64,000 nucleotides of DNA from Ascoidea asiatica JCM 7603. Its lineage: Eukaryota; Fungi; Ascomycota. The notes beneath the pieces were generated by a model, which saw only the letters and a list, made by a program, of their open reading frames with translations, was not told where the DNA came from and made no database searches. Positions 47,587-60,874 of the stretch are shown piece after piece. The stretch is taken from NCBI GenBank assembly GCA_001600695.1, contig BCKQ01000013.1, positions 279,605 through 343,604 of the forward strand, written 5' to 3'. Position 1 is the first letter of the stretch, and each line of letters starts with the position of its first letter. The position numbers and the translations under genes were made by a program.

Positions 47587-50142
47587 TTATATTACATTTA
47601 TATTATTTCTATATAGAATTTTCAAGCTATCAATTAATTCTTTCATTTGATTTATTTGAATAATATCATAGTATTCTTCAACATAATCTTTATGCTTTAT
47701 ATTATCATCTAAATTATCTTCCATTTTTTTGATTAATAGATTTTTAGATTCATCAAATTCATAAGTATTATATAATCGTAATAGATAATTACCATTATTA
47801 TTATCTTTTTCATGACTATGATTATGATTATGATGAATGTTATTATTAAATGAATCAATTAATAAGGACAATATTCCACTTCTAAATAAATCTACTTTAT
47901 CTCTAAATTTATCATTCAATTTTGATTCTAAATCAATTGAAAAATCATTAAGAAAATAAAAAATCAAAATTTTGTTTTTTTTGAAGAGATTAATTGTTTT
48001 AATTGAGGTTTGAAAAAAAATATTACAAAAAAATTCTGTTCTCAATCTATCCAGAGGAAATTTTTTCATAAACTCAATTATCATATTCAAATCATTTTTG
48101 AACTGATTATTTTCATAGTTTTCATTATAAAAATTTTCATTATTATAATTTTCATAACTAGATGTATCATTTGAAATTTCAATTTTGGGTAATATAATAT
48201 TAGTATTAGTATTAGTATTAGTATTAGTATTAGTATTAGTATTAGTACTATTATTATTTATATTATTGAAATTTGAATCATCTATTGATGTATTAAGAAA
48301 ATCATTACTAAGTTTTTTTTTTTTTAATCTGATCCAATATCTTCTTCTGACAAAATTTAATTTGAATTTTTTATCACTATAGTTACCATTCCAATGCCTA
48401 CTACCAAATCTAAAATTTGAATAAACCCAACCATTTTTATCAATATTTTTACTTATCATTAGAATTTTCCAATCATTCCAAACCCATTCCCAATTTGGAT
48501 CTAAAGTTAAATTTGAATTAAATTCACAACATATATTTTTTTTATAAAAAATTTTTTTTTTTTTATTAATTCTATCTTTTTTTTTAATAAATGGTGGTGG
48601 ATCAAAATGTTGTAATAAAAATTTTTTTGAATAAAAAGATTTTTTAAAAAATTTAAAACCTCTTTCGTTTTCCAAAATTATTTCTAATTCATAATCATAA
48701 TTTATTAATAATAAATTTTTTAATTGTTGAATTAAATTTTTTTCATTTAAATTTAAATTTTTATTGATATCTTTAATTAAATTTAAATTATTTTCAAATT
48801 TGAAAAAATTATTTTCTTTAATTAAATTATCAAAAGATTTATTAAACATTAAAGTATTTGCTCTATATTTATCATAATTTGAAAAATGTTTTTCATTTCT
48901 ATTAAAATTTAATTCAAATTCTAGATTATTAATAGAAATATTTTGAGAAATTTTGGATTTGAATTTTTTCAAATTCAATGAAATTTTTTTTGATAATTTA
49001 TTATTTTCATTGCTATTTTCATTACTGTTTTCATTTAAAGTATTTGAATTTGAAATTGAGATTGAACTGGAATTTAAATTCGAATTTAAATTTGAAATTG
49101 GATCTGTAATTGAATTTGTGATTTGATTTGCAACTGGATTTGCATTTGGGGTTGTAATCGGGGGAGTGATTGGATTTATAATAGGATTTGTAGTTGGATT
49201 TAAAATTGAACTTGTGTTTGATAGCATTTGATTATCATTAGTATAAACTAAAGAAGTTTGAGATGAATTGTCATTGTCATTGTCATTTTTATCATTTATA
49301 TTATCGATATCATTTATATTATCGATATCATTATTGTTATCAATATCATTATTTAATAGAGATATTGAATAAGTATTTAAATTATTTAATTTTTTTAAAT
49401 TTTCTTTTTCTAAATTTTTTTCAATTCTAATTTTTTTATGATTTTTATGTCTTTGATGAGTTTTATGTAATTGAGCTTTAGTATATCTATTAATTGAATG
49501 ATTATGTGGATGATTAATTGAATTATTAATTGAATTATTGATTGAATTATTAATTGAGAGATTATTTGAATTATAAATTGAATTATAGATTGAATTACAA
49601 TTTGAATTACAATTTGAATTAATTGAGGAATTTGAAATAGAATTTGAATTTGATATTGAAGATGAAATTGAATTAGATGAAGGAATTGAAGAAGAATTTG
49701 ATAAATTAGAAATTGATGGAGAAAGTGAATTTTGATTGTAAATTGGATTCAATTTATAAGAATCTAATTGATTATTCAGATAATCATTTGGTTTTAAATA
49801 ATTGTTATTACTATTGTCATTATTAGTATTGTTATTGGTATTATTATTAGTATTAGTATCGGCGTCTAAGACATTATTAATATTTTCAAATTTTTTCAAA
49901 TTATCTAAATTTGATAAATCACAGCAATTTGTATTATTATCATTTATATTATTATCATTTATATTATTATTGTTTGAATTATAATTATTTATAATATTAT
50001 TTTCATTAATAATTTTTATATCTTCAATTGATAAAATTTTTTTCTTGATAAAAAAATTATTAGAGAATGAATCATTATGTTTAAATTTTATTTTATTTTT
50101 AAATTTTTTTTTTTTATTAAATTTTTTATCAATAATTTTCAT
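47587..50142 (-). CDS. SPO73: Dysferlin-like domain sporulation protein (Spo73/Mug65-like) with a long Asn-rich extension
   Basis: IILENERG...DPPPF...WEWVWNDW...DKNGWVYS...RHWNG...FVRRRYWIRL; next to ERG28 (the two genes are also close in S. cerevisiae, YER044C/YER046W). Confidence 0.75.
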   Translation of the reverse strand: MKIIDKKFNKKKKFKNKIKFKHNDSFSNNFFIKKKILSIEDIKIINENNIINNYNSNNNNINDNNINDNNTNCCDLSNLDNLKKFENINNVLDADTNTNNNTNNNTNNDNSNNNYLKPNDYLNNQLDSYKLNPIYNQNSLSPSISNLSNSSSIPSSNSISSSISNSNSISNSSINSNCNSNCNSIYNSIYNSNNLSINNSINNSINNSINHPHNHSINRYTKAQLHKTHQRHKNHKKIRIEKNLEKENLKKLNNLNTYSISLLNNDIDNNNDIDNINDIDNINDKNDNDNDNSSQTSLVYTNDNQMLSNTSSILNPTTNPIINPITPPITTPNANPVANQITNSITDPISNLNSNLNSSSISISNSNTLNENSNENSNENNKLSKKISLNLKKFKSKISQNISINNLEFELNFNRNEKHFSNYDKYRANTLMFNKSFDNLIKENNFFKFENNLNLIKDINKNLNLNEKNLIQQLKNLLLINYDYELEIILENERGFKFFKKSFYSKKFLLQHFDPPPFIKKKDRINKKKKIFYKKNICCEFNSNLTLDPNWEWVWNDWKILMISKNIDKNGWVYSNFRFGSRHWNGNYSDKKFKLNFVRRRYWIRLKKKKLSNDFLNTSIDDSNFNNINNNSTNTNTNTNTNTNTNTNIILPKIEISNDTSSYENYNNENFYNENYENNQFKNDLNMIIEFMKKFPLDRLRTEFFCNIFFQTSIKTINLFKKNKILIFYFLNDFSIDLESKLNDKFRDKVDLFRSGILSLLIDSFNNNIHHNHNHSHEKDNNNGNYLLRLYNTYEFDESKNLLIKKMEDNLDDNIKHKDYVEEYYDIIQINQMKELIDSLKILYRNNINVI

Positions 50143-50430
50143 TATTATATAATCATATCGTAACTTATGATATAGACATTATACAATTGATATTACTTAT
50201 TTGTTATAAATTGAGTTACTTATTTATTCTTTTTTATTATGAATTGATTATGGATTGATTATGGATTGATTATGGATTGATGGATTGTTTATAGATTATT
50301 TGTTTTGATATAATTTATCTATTTACTAATCAATTGATAAGAAAGAAAGAAAGAAACAAAGAAAGAAGTTTCTTTGTTGGTTCTGTGTTTGAATTACAGC
50401 AAGCATGCAGAAAATAGAAATAGAGACCAG

Positions 50431-50437
50431 ATTTGTG
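50431..50437 (-). promoter_or_regulatory. Possible middle sporulation element (CACAAAT)
   Basis: Matches CRCAAAW in the GC-richer island ~290 bp upstream of the SPO73-like ATG; a short motif that may be chance. Confidence 0.3.
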
Positions 50438-50667
50438 GGAGAGTCTTGATTCGTACAGCGCTGGAAACGAGAAACGAGTGGATTTGAAGAGAATAGAAAA
50501 AGAATCCAGCGTTATCCAGTTAGAAGGTAATTATGGAGTGATATTTCGAAGCAGAGACACTGCCAGTAACTACTTTATATAAAGTAAGAGATATCCAGAC
50601 TAGAGTGACTGTTTAACATTAGAAACAATAAACTAGATAAGAAGAATTAATAGAAATATAGAGAATA

Positions 50668-51105
50668 ATGTTGGGACTAATTCAATCATTTATGCCTAAG
50701 ATACCTGGGTTTTTACCAAAATGGTTATTGTTTATATCTGCAGTATCTGCATTCAATTCTGTTCAAACATATATATCTGGTCTCGAATTGACAAGAAGAG
50801 TTTATGAAAACAAACCATTAGAAACAACTGGATTGTCAGCTAGAACATTTGGTACTTGGACATTTGTATCGTGCGTTGTGAGATATTATGGTGCTTATTA
50901 TTTAAATGATCCAATAGTCTGGAGAATTGTATTATCAAGTTACTTGATTGCATTTGTTCATTTCAATCTCGAATGGTGGGTTTACAAAACTGCTAAATTT
51001 GGAAAAGGTTTCTTAGGTCCATTGATTGTATCAACAGTTACTATTTGCTGGATGCTTTCCACCAAGGACTATTACTTATCAATTCCTCTTTCCCTAGCTG
51101 CTTAA
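50668..51105 (+). CDS. ERG28: Ergosterol biosynthesis scaffold protein
   Basis: LPKWLLFIS, NSVQTY, LSARTFGTWT, GPLIVST. Confidence 0.96.
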   Translation: MLGLIQSFMPKIPGFLPKWLLFISAVSAFNSVQTYISGLELTRRVYENKPLETTGLSARTFGTWTFVSCVVRYYGAYYLNDPIVWRIVLSSYLIAFVHFNLEWWVYKTAKFGKGFLGPLIVSTVTICWMLSTKDYYLSIPLSLAA

Positions 51106-51125
51106 GCTGTCTAAGCTGTCTAAGG

Positions 51126-51307
51126 TGCTTAATGGTTTATGATCAGGGCAAATAGCCACTATACAGAGAGATACACAGTAATAAATTGTAAATACCTTCA
51201 AACCCGTTTGCATGGTACTACCAACCCATTGGTAGAAGCCATCTTTAGGGTAGTACCATCTCAGTGGAACAATCACTTGGTAGGGTCATGTATGTTTAAG
51301 CATAAAC
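51126..51307 (-). ncRNA. Candidate structured RNA / C-D box snoRNA
   Basis: Perfect 11-bp stem 51212-51222/51249-51259, flanking inverted repeats, CTGA boxes on the minus strand, and TATAAAA at 51310-51316; no canonical C box. Confidence 0.3.
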
Positions 51308-51780
51308 ACTTTTATAGTCAGTTAAGTGCGCTATCTTACATTATCACATGACTTTTAAACCACGTGTCAAATAATACTTTGCACGTGCTGTCTCCTTAAT
51401 ATTTCTTTTTCTTACCTTGTTGCTGTAGAATATTAGAGCTAGCACTATTAGCACTATTAGCACTGTACAGTAGTACTATTAGAATATCAAAAAAATACTA
51501 TTACGTACGTACGTACTTCAATCCTGTCTTCGTTCAAGTATCTAATCTAATTAAAGCTACTTAACTATTAATTGATAATAATAACAATAATATCTGATTC
51601 ACTGAAATACTCCAATATCATATATTCAAATATCAAATATATTTCAAATTAGATCTAGAAATACTAGATATATTAGACCTATTTATATTCAAATATATAA
51701 ATATATAGATATTCAAAGACAATTATATACAATACAATAATATATACAAACCGTGTATATCAACTTTTTATATTTGAAAA

Positions 51781-53313
51781 ATGTCTGATCAATACGCTAC
51801 AAAAGAAGAAATTGAAATTTTCTTCAAAAAATTACAGAAATTACCTGATAATAGAATTTGTTTTGATTGTAAAAATAAAAATCCAACATGGACTTCAGTT
51901 AATTTTGCAATTTTTTTATGTCTTAATTGTTCTTCAATTCATAGAAATTTAGGTGTTCATATTTCCTTTGTTAAATCAACAAATTTAGATAAATGGTCAA
52001 AAAATCAATTAAGAAAATTTAAATTTGGTGCAAATTTAAATTTATTAAATTATTTAAAAAAATTAAATAGATTAGATATTTTAAATTTAAATCCAAAAGA
52101 AAAATATTCAAATAAAATTTTAATTAATTATTTAAATGATTTATCAAAAAAATCTAAAATTGATGAATTAAATAATCCAAATACTATATTAATTGATGAT
52201 TCTTTATCTTCTTCAACTTCTTTAAATTCTTCTTCTTCTTATTCTTCATTATCTTCATCAAATAACAATAATAATAATTCAAATTCAAATTCAAACTCAA
52301 ATTCAACTGATGATTTTTTTGCAAGTTGGGATAAACCTTTAGTTTCTTCAAATTTAAATAATAAATCAAATAATAATTCAAACTCAAGTCTAAATAATAA
52401 CTCAAGATCTACAACTCCAATTTCTACTACAAATAAAAGAATCATAACAACTTCAAGACCAACTATACATAGACAAATAATAAAATCTAATAATAAATCA
52501 AATATCAAATCAAATATTAATATTAAATCAAAAAATATTCTTTCAGTAAATAATAATAATAAAACAAAATTAGGTGCTAAAAAATTATCAACTTCAATTG
52601 ATTTTGATGAAGTTGAAAGAAATGCTAAAAATGAAGCTGATCAAATTAAAAAATTAGGTTATAATCCAAATTCTGATAATATTTTAGATTCAAATTCAAT
52701 AATTTCAAATAATTCTTTAATTTCTCCTTCAATATCTTCTTTTAATAATAAAACTAACAATAATATCAATAATAATTTTGATGATGATGATGATTTCTTT
52801 GGTAATTCAATGTCAAATTCAAATTTAAATTCAAAATCAAAATCTTCTGTGGATAAAATTACTCCAAAATTTGCAAAACTTGGTTTTGGTATGACTAATT
52901 CTGTATTAAATAATGAATCTACTTCAAATTCTTCAAGACCAAATAATAATTCTTATAATTATACTGGTAAAGTTGAATCAAAATTTGGTACTCAAAGAGC
53001 AATATCTTCTGATGAATTTTTTGGTAGAAATACATATGATGAAGATTTACAAAAAGAAGCAAAATTAAAATTACAAAGTTTCAATAATTCAACTTCAATT
53101 TCTTCTTCTTCATATTTTAATGATCCAAATCAAACTGATTCTTTTTTAAATAATTCTGGTAATAATGCTAATAATTTAGGTATCGAAAAATATGTTAAAG
53201 ATTTTAGTGAAAAATTTACTGGTAATGCAAATGATGATATTGCTGTTTTAAAAGATGCTGCTGAACAAGCTAGTCAAAAAATTTCTGGTTATTTACGTGA
53301 TTATTTACGTTAA
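51781..53313 (+). CDS. GLO3: ArfGAP of the Glo3/ArfGAP2-3 type
   Basis: [13 protein letters not shown]...[20 protein letters not shown] zinc finger; LGAKK; Glo3 motifs AISSDEFFG and SISSSSYF. Confidence 0.94.
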   Translation: MSDQYATKEEIEIFFKKLQKLPDNRICFDCKNKNPTWTSVNFAIFLCLNCSSIHRNLGVHISFVKSTNLDKWSKNQLRKFKFGANLNLLNYLKKLNRLDILNLNPKEKYSNKILINYLNDLSKKSKIDELNNPNTILIDDSLSSSTSLNSSSSYSSLSSSNNNNNNSNSNSNSNSTDDFFASWDKPLVSSNLNNKSNNNSNSSLNNNSRSTTPISTTNKRIITTSRPTIHRQIIKSNNKSNIKSNINIKSKNILSVNNNNKTKLGAKKLSTSIDFDEVERNAKNEADQIKKLGYNPNSDNILDSNSIISNNSLISPSISSFNNKTNNNINNNFDDDDDFFGNSMSNSNLNSKSKSSVDKITPKFAKLGFGMTNSVLNNESTSNSSRPNNNSYNYTGKVESKFGTQRAISSDEFFGRNTYDEDLQKEAKLKLQSFNNSTSISSSSYFNDPNQTDSFLNNSGNNANNLGIEKYVKDFSEKFTGNANDDIAVLKDAAEQASQKISGYLRDYLR

Positions 53314-54037
53314 CTAGTAAATAAAATTTATTTCTATATATTTTTCTCTCTTTCTATTTTTTTCATATTATCTTTATAATATCTTTTTTCTTAATTCTTT
53401 TTTCATTTAATAAATAATTAAAAAAGTATTTTAATACTTCCAGTGTTTGGTACCATTTTACTGTACTATTCCATGATTCTCCCGTAGTAAAGCACCGATC
53501 ACTCTTAATCCGTCAATTTTACTTAATCGCTACTGATAAAACTCGCTCAACTCAATAATTATGCATTTTAAAGACTGTTTAAAGATATTATAAAAAGATA
53601 TATTATCAGAAGATTTAAGATAGCAAAATAATATAACAATAATATAATATAATAATACCTATCAATTAAATAAATCAAGTCGAATATATCATCAATTCTA
53701 GCAACATTAAATATATAAACTATTGCAATTCAAGAACATTTATACCATATTGTATACTAAAGCTAAATTCCCTTTTCAATTTTTTTTCTTTAACGCTGCT
53801 TTTTTTTATCAATTTCAATTCATTTCATTTGAATTCAATACAATACAATACAATACAATTCAATTTAATTCAATTCAATTCAATTCAAATATATTATAAT
53901 ATAATATAACATAATAGAATATTGATACTAGTTATTGATGTTTATCATTCATATAATTACAATAATAAGTATAAGTATAAGTATAAATTAATCAATACTT
54001 CACAGTTTTCATCTTATTTCTATTATCAATAAATTAC

Positions 54038-54261
54038 ATGAATGAAGAAATTTTACATGATTCAAATGCTCTTCCGAGTGATACAAGTAATCATCCATCA
54101 TCAAATAACTTAAGTTTTAATATTAATAAAAATTCATCAAATAAGAAAAAATCTAGAAATTCAAGATTAAGATCAAATAAAAAAAGAAAACTCTCAAAAG
54201 GATATTCAATACAGAATAATTTAACGAGTTCTCCAAGCTTAGATAAATTTAATACTAACTG

Positions 54262-54297
<36 letters not shown>

Positions 54298-57200
54298 GAA
54301 TAGTTATTATGGTAATAATATTGGCTCGTTTGAATCTTCTCCAACAAAAAATTTATATGATGAATCTTTATCAATAAATTCAATACCGAATAATTTAGGT
54401 TATAATAATGGAAATCTTAATGAAGATCTTGGTTCTTTTTCTGAAATAAAAGAAAAAGATTTTATAGAACTTTCGGATAATCTGATTCAATATATTGGAG
54501 ATAATAATAAAAATCTTCATTTTAATTCTATTAGTAATAATGATGATTTTGAAGAGATTGAAGATGATAGTCCAGATGAAATGAAATCTAATATAAGTCG
54601 AGATAATTTATTTATTGTTAAATCTACTAAGGGAAGAAAAAAACATAATTCTCTTCCGAGCTATAATAATCCAATAAAACTTAATAAATCTGATAACATT
54701 AATAAAAACAATAAAGTTAATAAAATTAATAAGCATATTAAAAATCAAAAGCATCAAAAGACTCAAAAACATCAAAGACATTTAAGACACCAAAAACAGA
54801 GCATTAAAACTATTCTATCTCAAGAAACTGATGATCCGATAGAATCCTCAAGTGATGAGTCTGAAACTGATAGTGCTAATAGTCTTAAGAATCAACCCAA
54901 AAGATCTATAAATACTAATCGAAAATCTAAACTAACAGTAAAAGATAGTTCCCGTACATTTGTTCATGATAATTCTAGACAATTAATTCCAGACAAAAGA
55001 TTTATATCACAGAACATAGATAAAAAAATAGATAAAAAAATAGATAAAATAGCCAATAATTACACTCAATCAAATAATCCAATTTCTAATAATCGAAAAA
55101 ATCGTAATAATTTGAAACAAAAAAATAAATCCAAAGCAGCGAACATTGTTTCATTTGAAGAAAAAGATAAAATGTTATTGAAAAAACTAAATAATCATCC
55201 AAAAAATAGAAAAAATGCATCATCTGTTATTTTAAATGGAACTACTTCACAAAACATACCTTTAACTTCAATAAAATTAACTAATAAAAACTCAGGGTTA
55301 AATCTGATTGATAATTTGTTAAATAAACCTCAATTTCAACTGACCAAAAAATTAAAAGACACTAGTTTTAACTTTGTAAATAATGGCATAAATGATTTAG
55401 ATGACGATGTTAAGTTCATTGCAGATTTAACTGAAAACAAGTCTGGTTCACGAAATGAAAGCGATAGCTCTAACAAATCTAGTACCGGTGGTAGAAACAA
55501 TAAAGGTTATACAAATTATAGAAATGATGGGAAAGACGAAAATGTAATAGTTGATGAAATGAACAAGATTAAAAATTTTGAAAAAGAACAAGTTTATTAT
55601 TTTTCTGATGAAAGTTTAGAAAAATTCAGCAATAATTTTAGAAATGATACCCAAGCTTTTGATTTAAGAGAATCATATCCGCAGAATATAAAAGAAAATC
55701 CAATTACTTTTATCAATAATAATAATAATAGTAATAGTACTGAAAGTCCAGAAAATGTTATATTCATTTCTGATAGTGACCATGATAGTGAATTTGAAAA
55801 AATTCCGAATTCAGGAGATGAAATAAATCATTTGAAAAACAAAATCAAACAAGGCAATATAAATATCAAAAATAAAGTATATGATAATAATTTAATTAAA
55901 AGTAGTCAAGAAGTAAAATCTCCCTATTTCCTGAAAAATAAACAGAGGTCTAATCCAATAACTCAACTAAGACATAATGAGAGTGATCATGAAAATCCTA
56001 GTATTGAAGTTTCAGTGGCGAGAAATTCCCCGAAATATAGCAATACGAAAACAAATAGGTATACAAGAATTCCTGGTGAGTATCCAGACTCAGTCAAAAA
56101 TATATATAATGAGAATCAAAATGGAATAATTGAAACTACTGAAAATAGTTTAAGTACTTCAACAAAACAAAGAGTTGAAGATGTTAAGGTAAAAAATCCT
56201 CTTACAATAGTTGTCAAAGAAGATTTACTGACAGATGTAAATTCTAATTACAAAAGAAGAAGTAATTCTCGAAGTTTAGATAAAAGTTCGAGTAACGCTG
56301 CACTCTTTCATCGAGCTTCTACACAAGATTATAAAAGAAAAACTATTTTCAATAAGAACAATAAAACAGCAACTAATAACAATAACATCAATCGTGATAA
56401 TTTTTCTCTTGAGAAAATGACAATCATTTCTGATATAAGTGATAGCTCAAATTCTGATTCGCCTTCCAAAAGTAGAAAATTCATTGATTTGAATTCAGTG
56501 ATCAATATGGAAAAACTTTACTTTTTCAAAATTGAATTTAGTCAAATGCATAACGTGAAAATTGAAAGTATTGACTCTTACTTCCTGGTCGAAAATAACC
56601 ATGTCATTTTTCCAACATTAGATACAACCATTGACCTTACGATTACATATAACATAGTAAATAGTGGATCAAATGCTAGCATAATGTTCAAAATTATGGA
56701 TGATGAATTTACAAGTAGGAGTAATCATAAATCAAAAGTAGGTTCTTTAAAATCAAGTAGGTCTGAATCTATTAATAGATTGGATTATATAAAAATATAT
56801 TTGAAAGAAAGTATTGAGAATTTAAAAAACTTTAATAAGTTCTTGAATAATTTAAATCAATCAAAAATGATTAATGAATGGATAAAGAATCAAAGTGTTG
56901 ATGAAAGGCCTAATGTGAAAGACCAGTTTCTTACTGGCTTAAAAGATGAAGTTCATCAAAGCGAAGATTTATATTCCAAAAAATTCAAAGATAACACAGA
57001 TCATAGTGAACGCCAGAAATCAAGAAAAAGCAATAAAATTTCTCCTAGTGGGTTTTATAGTTTAAAGGCTCTACCTAACATTGGATCTAGCAATCGAACT
57101 AGAAGTAAACTTCAAGAGCTAGAAGAAGAAGTTCAACAATCGGCTAATGACCGTTATTCTAGTTCGGATGTTGAAACGGTTCACGAATCTGATGATGAAG

Positions 57201-59008
57201 AGCCACCTTCAGATTTTGGACCCCCTTATTTGCATAAATTTGAAGATGGAAAATCAATTAGAATCACAAACTCCGATTTTCGTTGTTTATTTAATCATGA
57301 ATGGATAAATGATACTTTGATTGATTTTTTCATAAAGTTATATCTTGATCAGCGTTTGAGTCTCACCGAAAACTCAGATTTTCATACCCAAAAGGATCCA
57401 GAAAATTCAGTTCATGATGAGAATCCACCAGCAACCTTGGAAATTGACAAAGATCCACAAAAGCCCATACCTTATGAGAATCAAGCAAAACTAGCATCAG
57501 ACAAAAGTATAACAAAATATGAAAAAAATGAAATACATGTATTGAGCACATATTTCTTCACCAAACTAATGAGTACTAAAGATGATAATTATTATGAAAA
57601 TCTTAAACGATGGGTTGTAAAGGCTGATCTATTTAAATATAAGTATATTATTCTACCTATTAATGAAAACCTTCATTGGTATTGTTCAATAATATATAAT
57701 TTACCTAAATTGTTGTTACCAGAAGGATGCGTGGAGATTTTTGTCTTTGATTCATTAAATCAAAACCATGTAAATATTGCAAGACCACTTAAATTGTTTT
57801 TGATGCAATATGCCAAATCCAAAGACAATACCGATAAAGACATAAAAAGGTTAAGATTTAGACGTGTTTTTGTTCCAAAACAAAAAAATTTCAATGACTG
57901 TGGAATTCACGTAATTTATAATGTTTCAAGATTTATAAAATTTCCAGAGAAGTGCATTAGATTGTGGAAATCCTCGTCTGATGTGAAGAAGTCTAAAAGG
58001 ACCGAATTTTTTAACAATTCTGAAAGAGATAAGCTAAGAAAACATTTAAGAAGTCAGCTAAAGGAACTTCAAAGTAAGCAGATTGAAGAACAAGGACCTG
58101 CTCCATTAGTATCTTCCCAGGTGGATGAAAGTTTAGATGACATTGAAGTATTTTATGAAGGTAAGTTTTCTGTCATGAAAAGCTCTTTTAATATTGACAA
58201 TTGTGGCGTTCCTAGTAATATCAATATTAATGATAACAGAAATGATAATGATAATGATAATGATAATGGTAAGGGTAATAATAATGACAATGATTATGAT
58301 AATAACAATGATGATGATAATGACAATGATAATGATAATAAGCTTGAGAACCCAAAAAATTATAATAATGATATTATTATGAATAAAAGTATTTGTGATG
58401 AGAATGATAACAATAATGAAGATACTCTGCATATTGCCAAAACAGATGAAATTCTCGATAAATCTTTGAATACAAAAAGCGAGAATAGAAATATTTTTCA
58501 AGAGCCTAATTCTCTTAACTCACTAGATAATAAGGTCAGTGAATATTTTTTGAAACCTAGTAATAATTCTGATAATATAAAATCAGTAGATGCATCCTTG
58601 TTCAAGTCTGAAGGATCTAAAAGTCTTGAAGGTTTCCATAAATTACATAACGGAGAGAATCTTATTAATTATGACAAACAAGATAGTTTTGAAAAAAATA
58701 ATGGTTCAAATAGAAAAGGATTGAATTCGAAAAGTGAATTGGAGCCAGGCGAATGGGAAAGAAATTCCAAGGAGAACATGATTCTATTAAATGAATTAAG
58801 TAAAGTCGAAGACGCTGAAAAATTCATAGATAGTTCTGGAGAGAATAATTTTAGTTCTATTTCAGAAAATATTTTATATCACAATCAAAAAAAAAGTAAA
58901 AATGAATTGAAATATGAAACATCGGATTTTGGAATGGAGGATAATGAAAGAGCGATGATAGAACATAATATAGCTGCATTGACGTCAGAAAATCATGAAA
59001 TTTTATAA
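54038..59008 (+). CDS. ULP2: SUMO isopeptidase (peptidase C48)
   Basis: WINDTLIDFF, STYFFTKL, PINENLHW (His), FDSL (Asp), KQKNFNDCGIHV (Cys); central catalytic domain with a C-terminal extension. Confidence 0.88.
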
Positions 59009-59860
59009 TTAAAAGTAGTAATAAATATTGGTTTTACTTTCGAGATAAATTTCTTTTAGGTTGTTTTTTTTGAAAAACACTATAATTCATGTATTAAAAG
59101 CTATCTATATTAATCAAATCTAAAAAAAAAAAGAGTAGTTTAAAATAAAATATCTAGATAAAATTTATGTGAAAGTAACAATAACATTAAATTGAAAATA
59201 AGTTCAATAATAGAGATAAAAATATAAAAGATAAAGCGCCTTGATATAAACATAAAATAAAAAAAAAAATTTAATTAAAAAAAAAGTTAAATGTATTGAT
59301 AAGTATATAGATATATTGATATGTTGTTACTAATAAAATAAGTTATGAAATTTAGAGTAGTTGATAAAGTTGTAATACTAGTTGATTGAAAATGAGGTTT
59401 GAAGTGGGATAAATAAAATAAAAACAATTTAAAATCAAATTTAAATTATAATTATAATAATTCAAACAAATATTTATTATTAAGGAAATTTTATTTCAAT
59501 CAATATCTAAATTATAATCAACTTTTTAATTAAATTTTTTTTTATTGAAGAACTTAAGAGTAAAAGAAAAGATTACATCGAAATATCAAAAGGATGATAT
59601 ATTTAAATAATTAAGTAATTAAATAAATTGAATAAATTAAATAAAAAGGATACATTAAAATAGATAATATTCAAATAATATTAAAATAATAATAGGATGA
59701 TATTTAGTAAGTTAATTATAAGTTATAAAACCCATAAAAAATACAAAAAAAAAGAAAAGAAAAAGAAAAAAAAGATTGAAAGAAAGAGAAATGAAGATAA
59801 GTAATTAAATCACAGAAAGATAGATATTAATTAACTATTTCAATTAATCAATCATCTTAA

Positions 59861-60874
59861 TTAATTATCTGAATTAACTAAAGATTCATCTTTATTAATA
59901 ATATCATTTTGTTGATTTGATTTTTCATTAAGTTCATTATTAATTTCATTATTAATTTTTTCATTGATTTCTTTTTCTTTTAAATCGATATCATTTTCAA
60001 TTTTATTTTGATTTTTAAAATGATGTTTCTTATTTCCTTTACAATCACCTTTTTTATGAGGTTTCATTTGATGAAATTCACCGTTAGCTTGTTTATTATC
60101 GAAATAATCTTCTTTATGATCTCCTTTATGATTTTTCATTGGAGGTTGATCAAAGACAGCTGAATCTGTTGGAGCAGGTTCAGAAGGTTCATCAGTTGGA
60201 GGTTTTTCAGAAGGTGGAGGAGGTGGTGGTGGTGGACCATGAGGAGGAGGACCTGGAGGTGGTGGACCATGAGGAGGAGGACCTGGAGGTGGTGGACCAT
60301 GAGGAGGAGGAGGTCCTTGAGGTGGATAAGGACCATTTCTATTGGGAGGACCTGGAGGAGGAGGACCTTGAGGTGGTGGTGGACCTGGTGGTGGTGGAGG
60401 ACCTTGAGGTGGATGAGGACCTTTTTTGTTTGGTGAACCAGGTGGTGGTGGTGGTGGTGGACCTTGAGGACCATGAGGAGGAGGTGGACCATGTTTAGAA
60501 TTATCATGATGACCTATTGGACCTCTTTGACCATGAGGTGGAGGTGGTGGTGGAAATTCACCATCGAAAGGCATAAATGGGTGATGATCATTATTTTCAA
60601 ATTGATTAGAATTATGCATTCTCATCATTTCACCATGATGAGGACCAAAATGATGAGGAGCTAAAGCATGAAATCCAGCTGTTGTTATAAAACTTAATAA
60701 AACTGTAGCTAACACACCAAGTGAAAAAAATTTTAATCTAAGATATTTAACTTCAGATTTTGGAACCATTTCTATTTGAGTATATCTAGCTTCATTTGAA
60801 TGACGATCAGATTTTGAATCAGATTGATATTGAGAAGGTATCTCAATATAAGCGGGTAAAGATTTATCAGACAT
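59861..60874 (-). CDS. Pro/His-rich single-pass membrane protein of unknown function
   Basis: 337-aa ORF; hydrophobic segment FFSLGVLATVLLSFITTAGF; tandem GPPPP(H/G) repeats encoded by ~30-bp DNA repeats around 60230-60310. Confidence 0.8.
   Translation of the reverse strand: MSDKSLPAYIEIPSQYQSDSKSDRHSNEARYTQIEMVPKSEVKYLRLKFFSLGVLATVLLSFITTAGFHALAPHHFGPHHGEMMRMHNSNQFENNDHHPFMPFDGEFPPPPPPHGQRGPIGHHDNSKHGPPPPHGPQGPPPPPPPGSPNKKGPHPPQGPPPPPGPPPPQGPPPPGPPNRNGPYPPQGPPPPHGPPPPGPPPHGPPPPGPPPHGPPPPPPPPSEKPPTDEPSEPAPTDSAVFDQPPMKNHKGDHKEDYFDNKQANGEFHQMKPHKKGDCKGNKKHHFKNQNKIENDIDLKEKEINEKINNEINNELNEKSNQQNDIINKDESLVNSDN

Noticed and set aside
51500-51525. ACGTACTTCA resembling the U3 snoRNA 5' end
   Set aside because: It is part of a (TACG)n repeat; no box A continuation, intron or downstream U3 boxes
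60136-60664. Several alternative-frame ORFs over the Pro-rich gene
   Set aside because: By-products of the GC-rich CCA/CCT repeat
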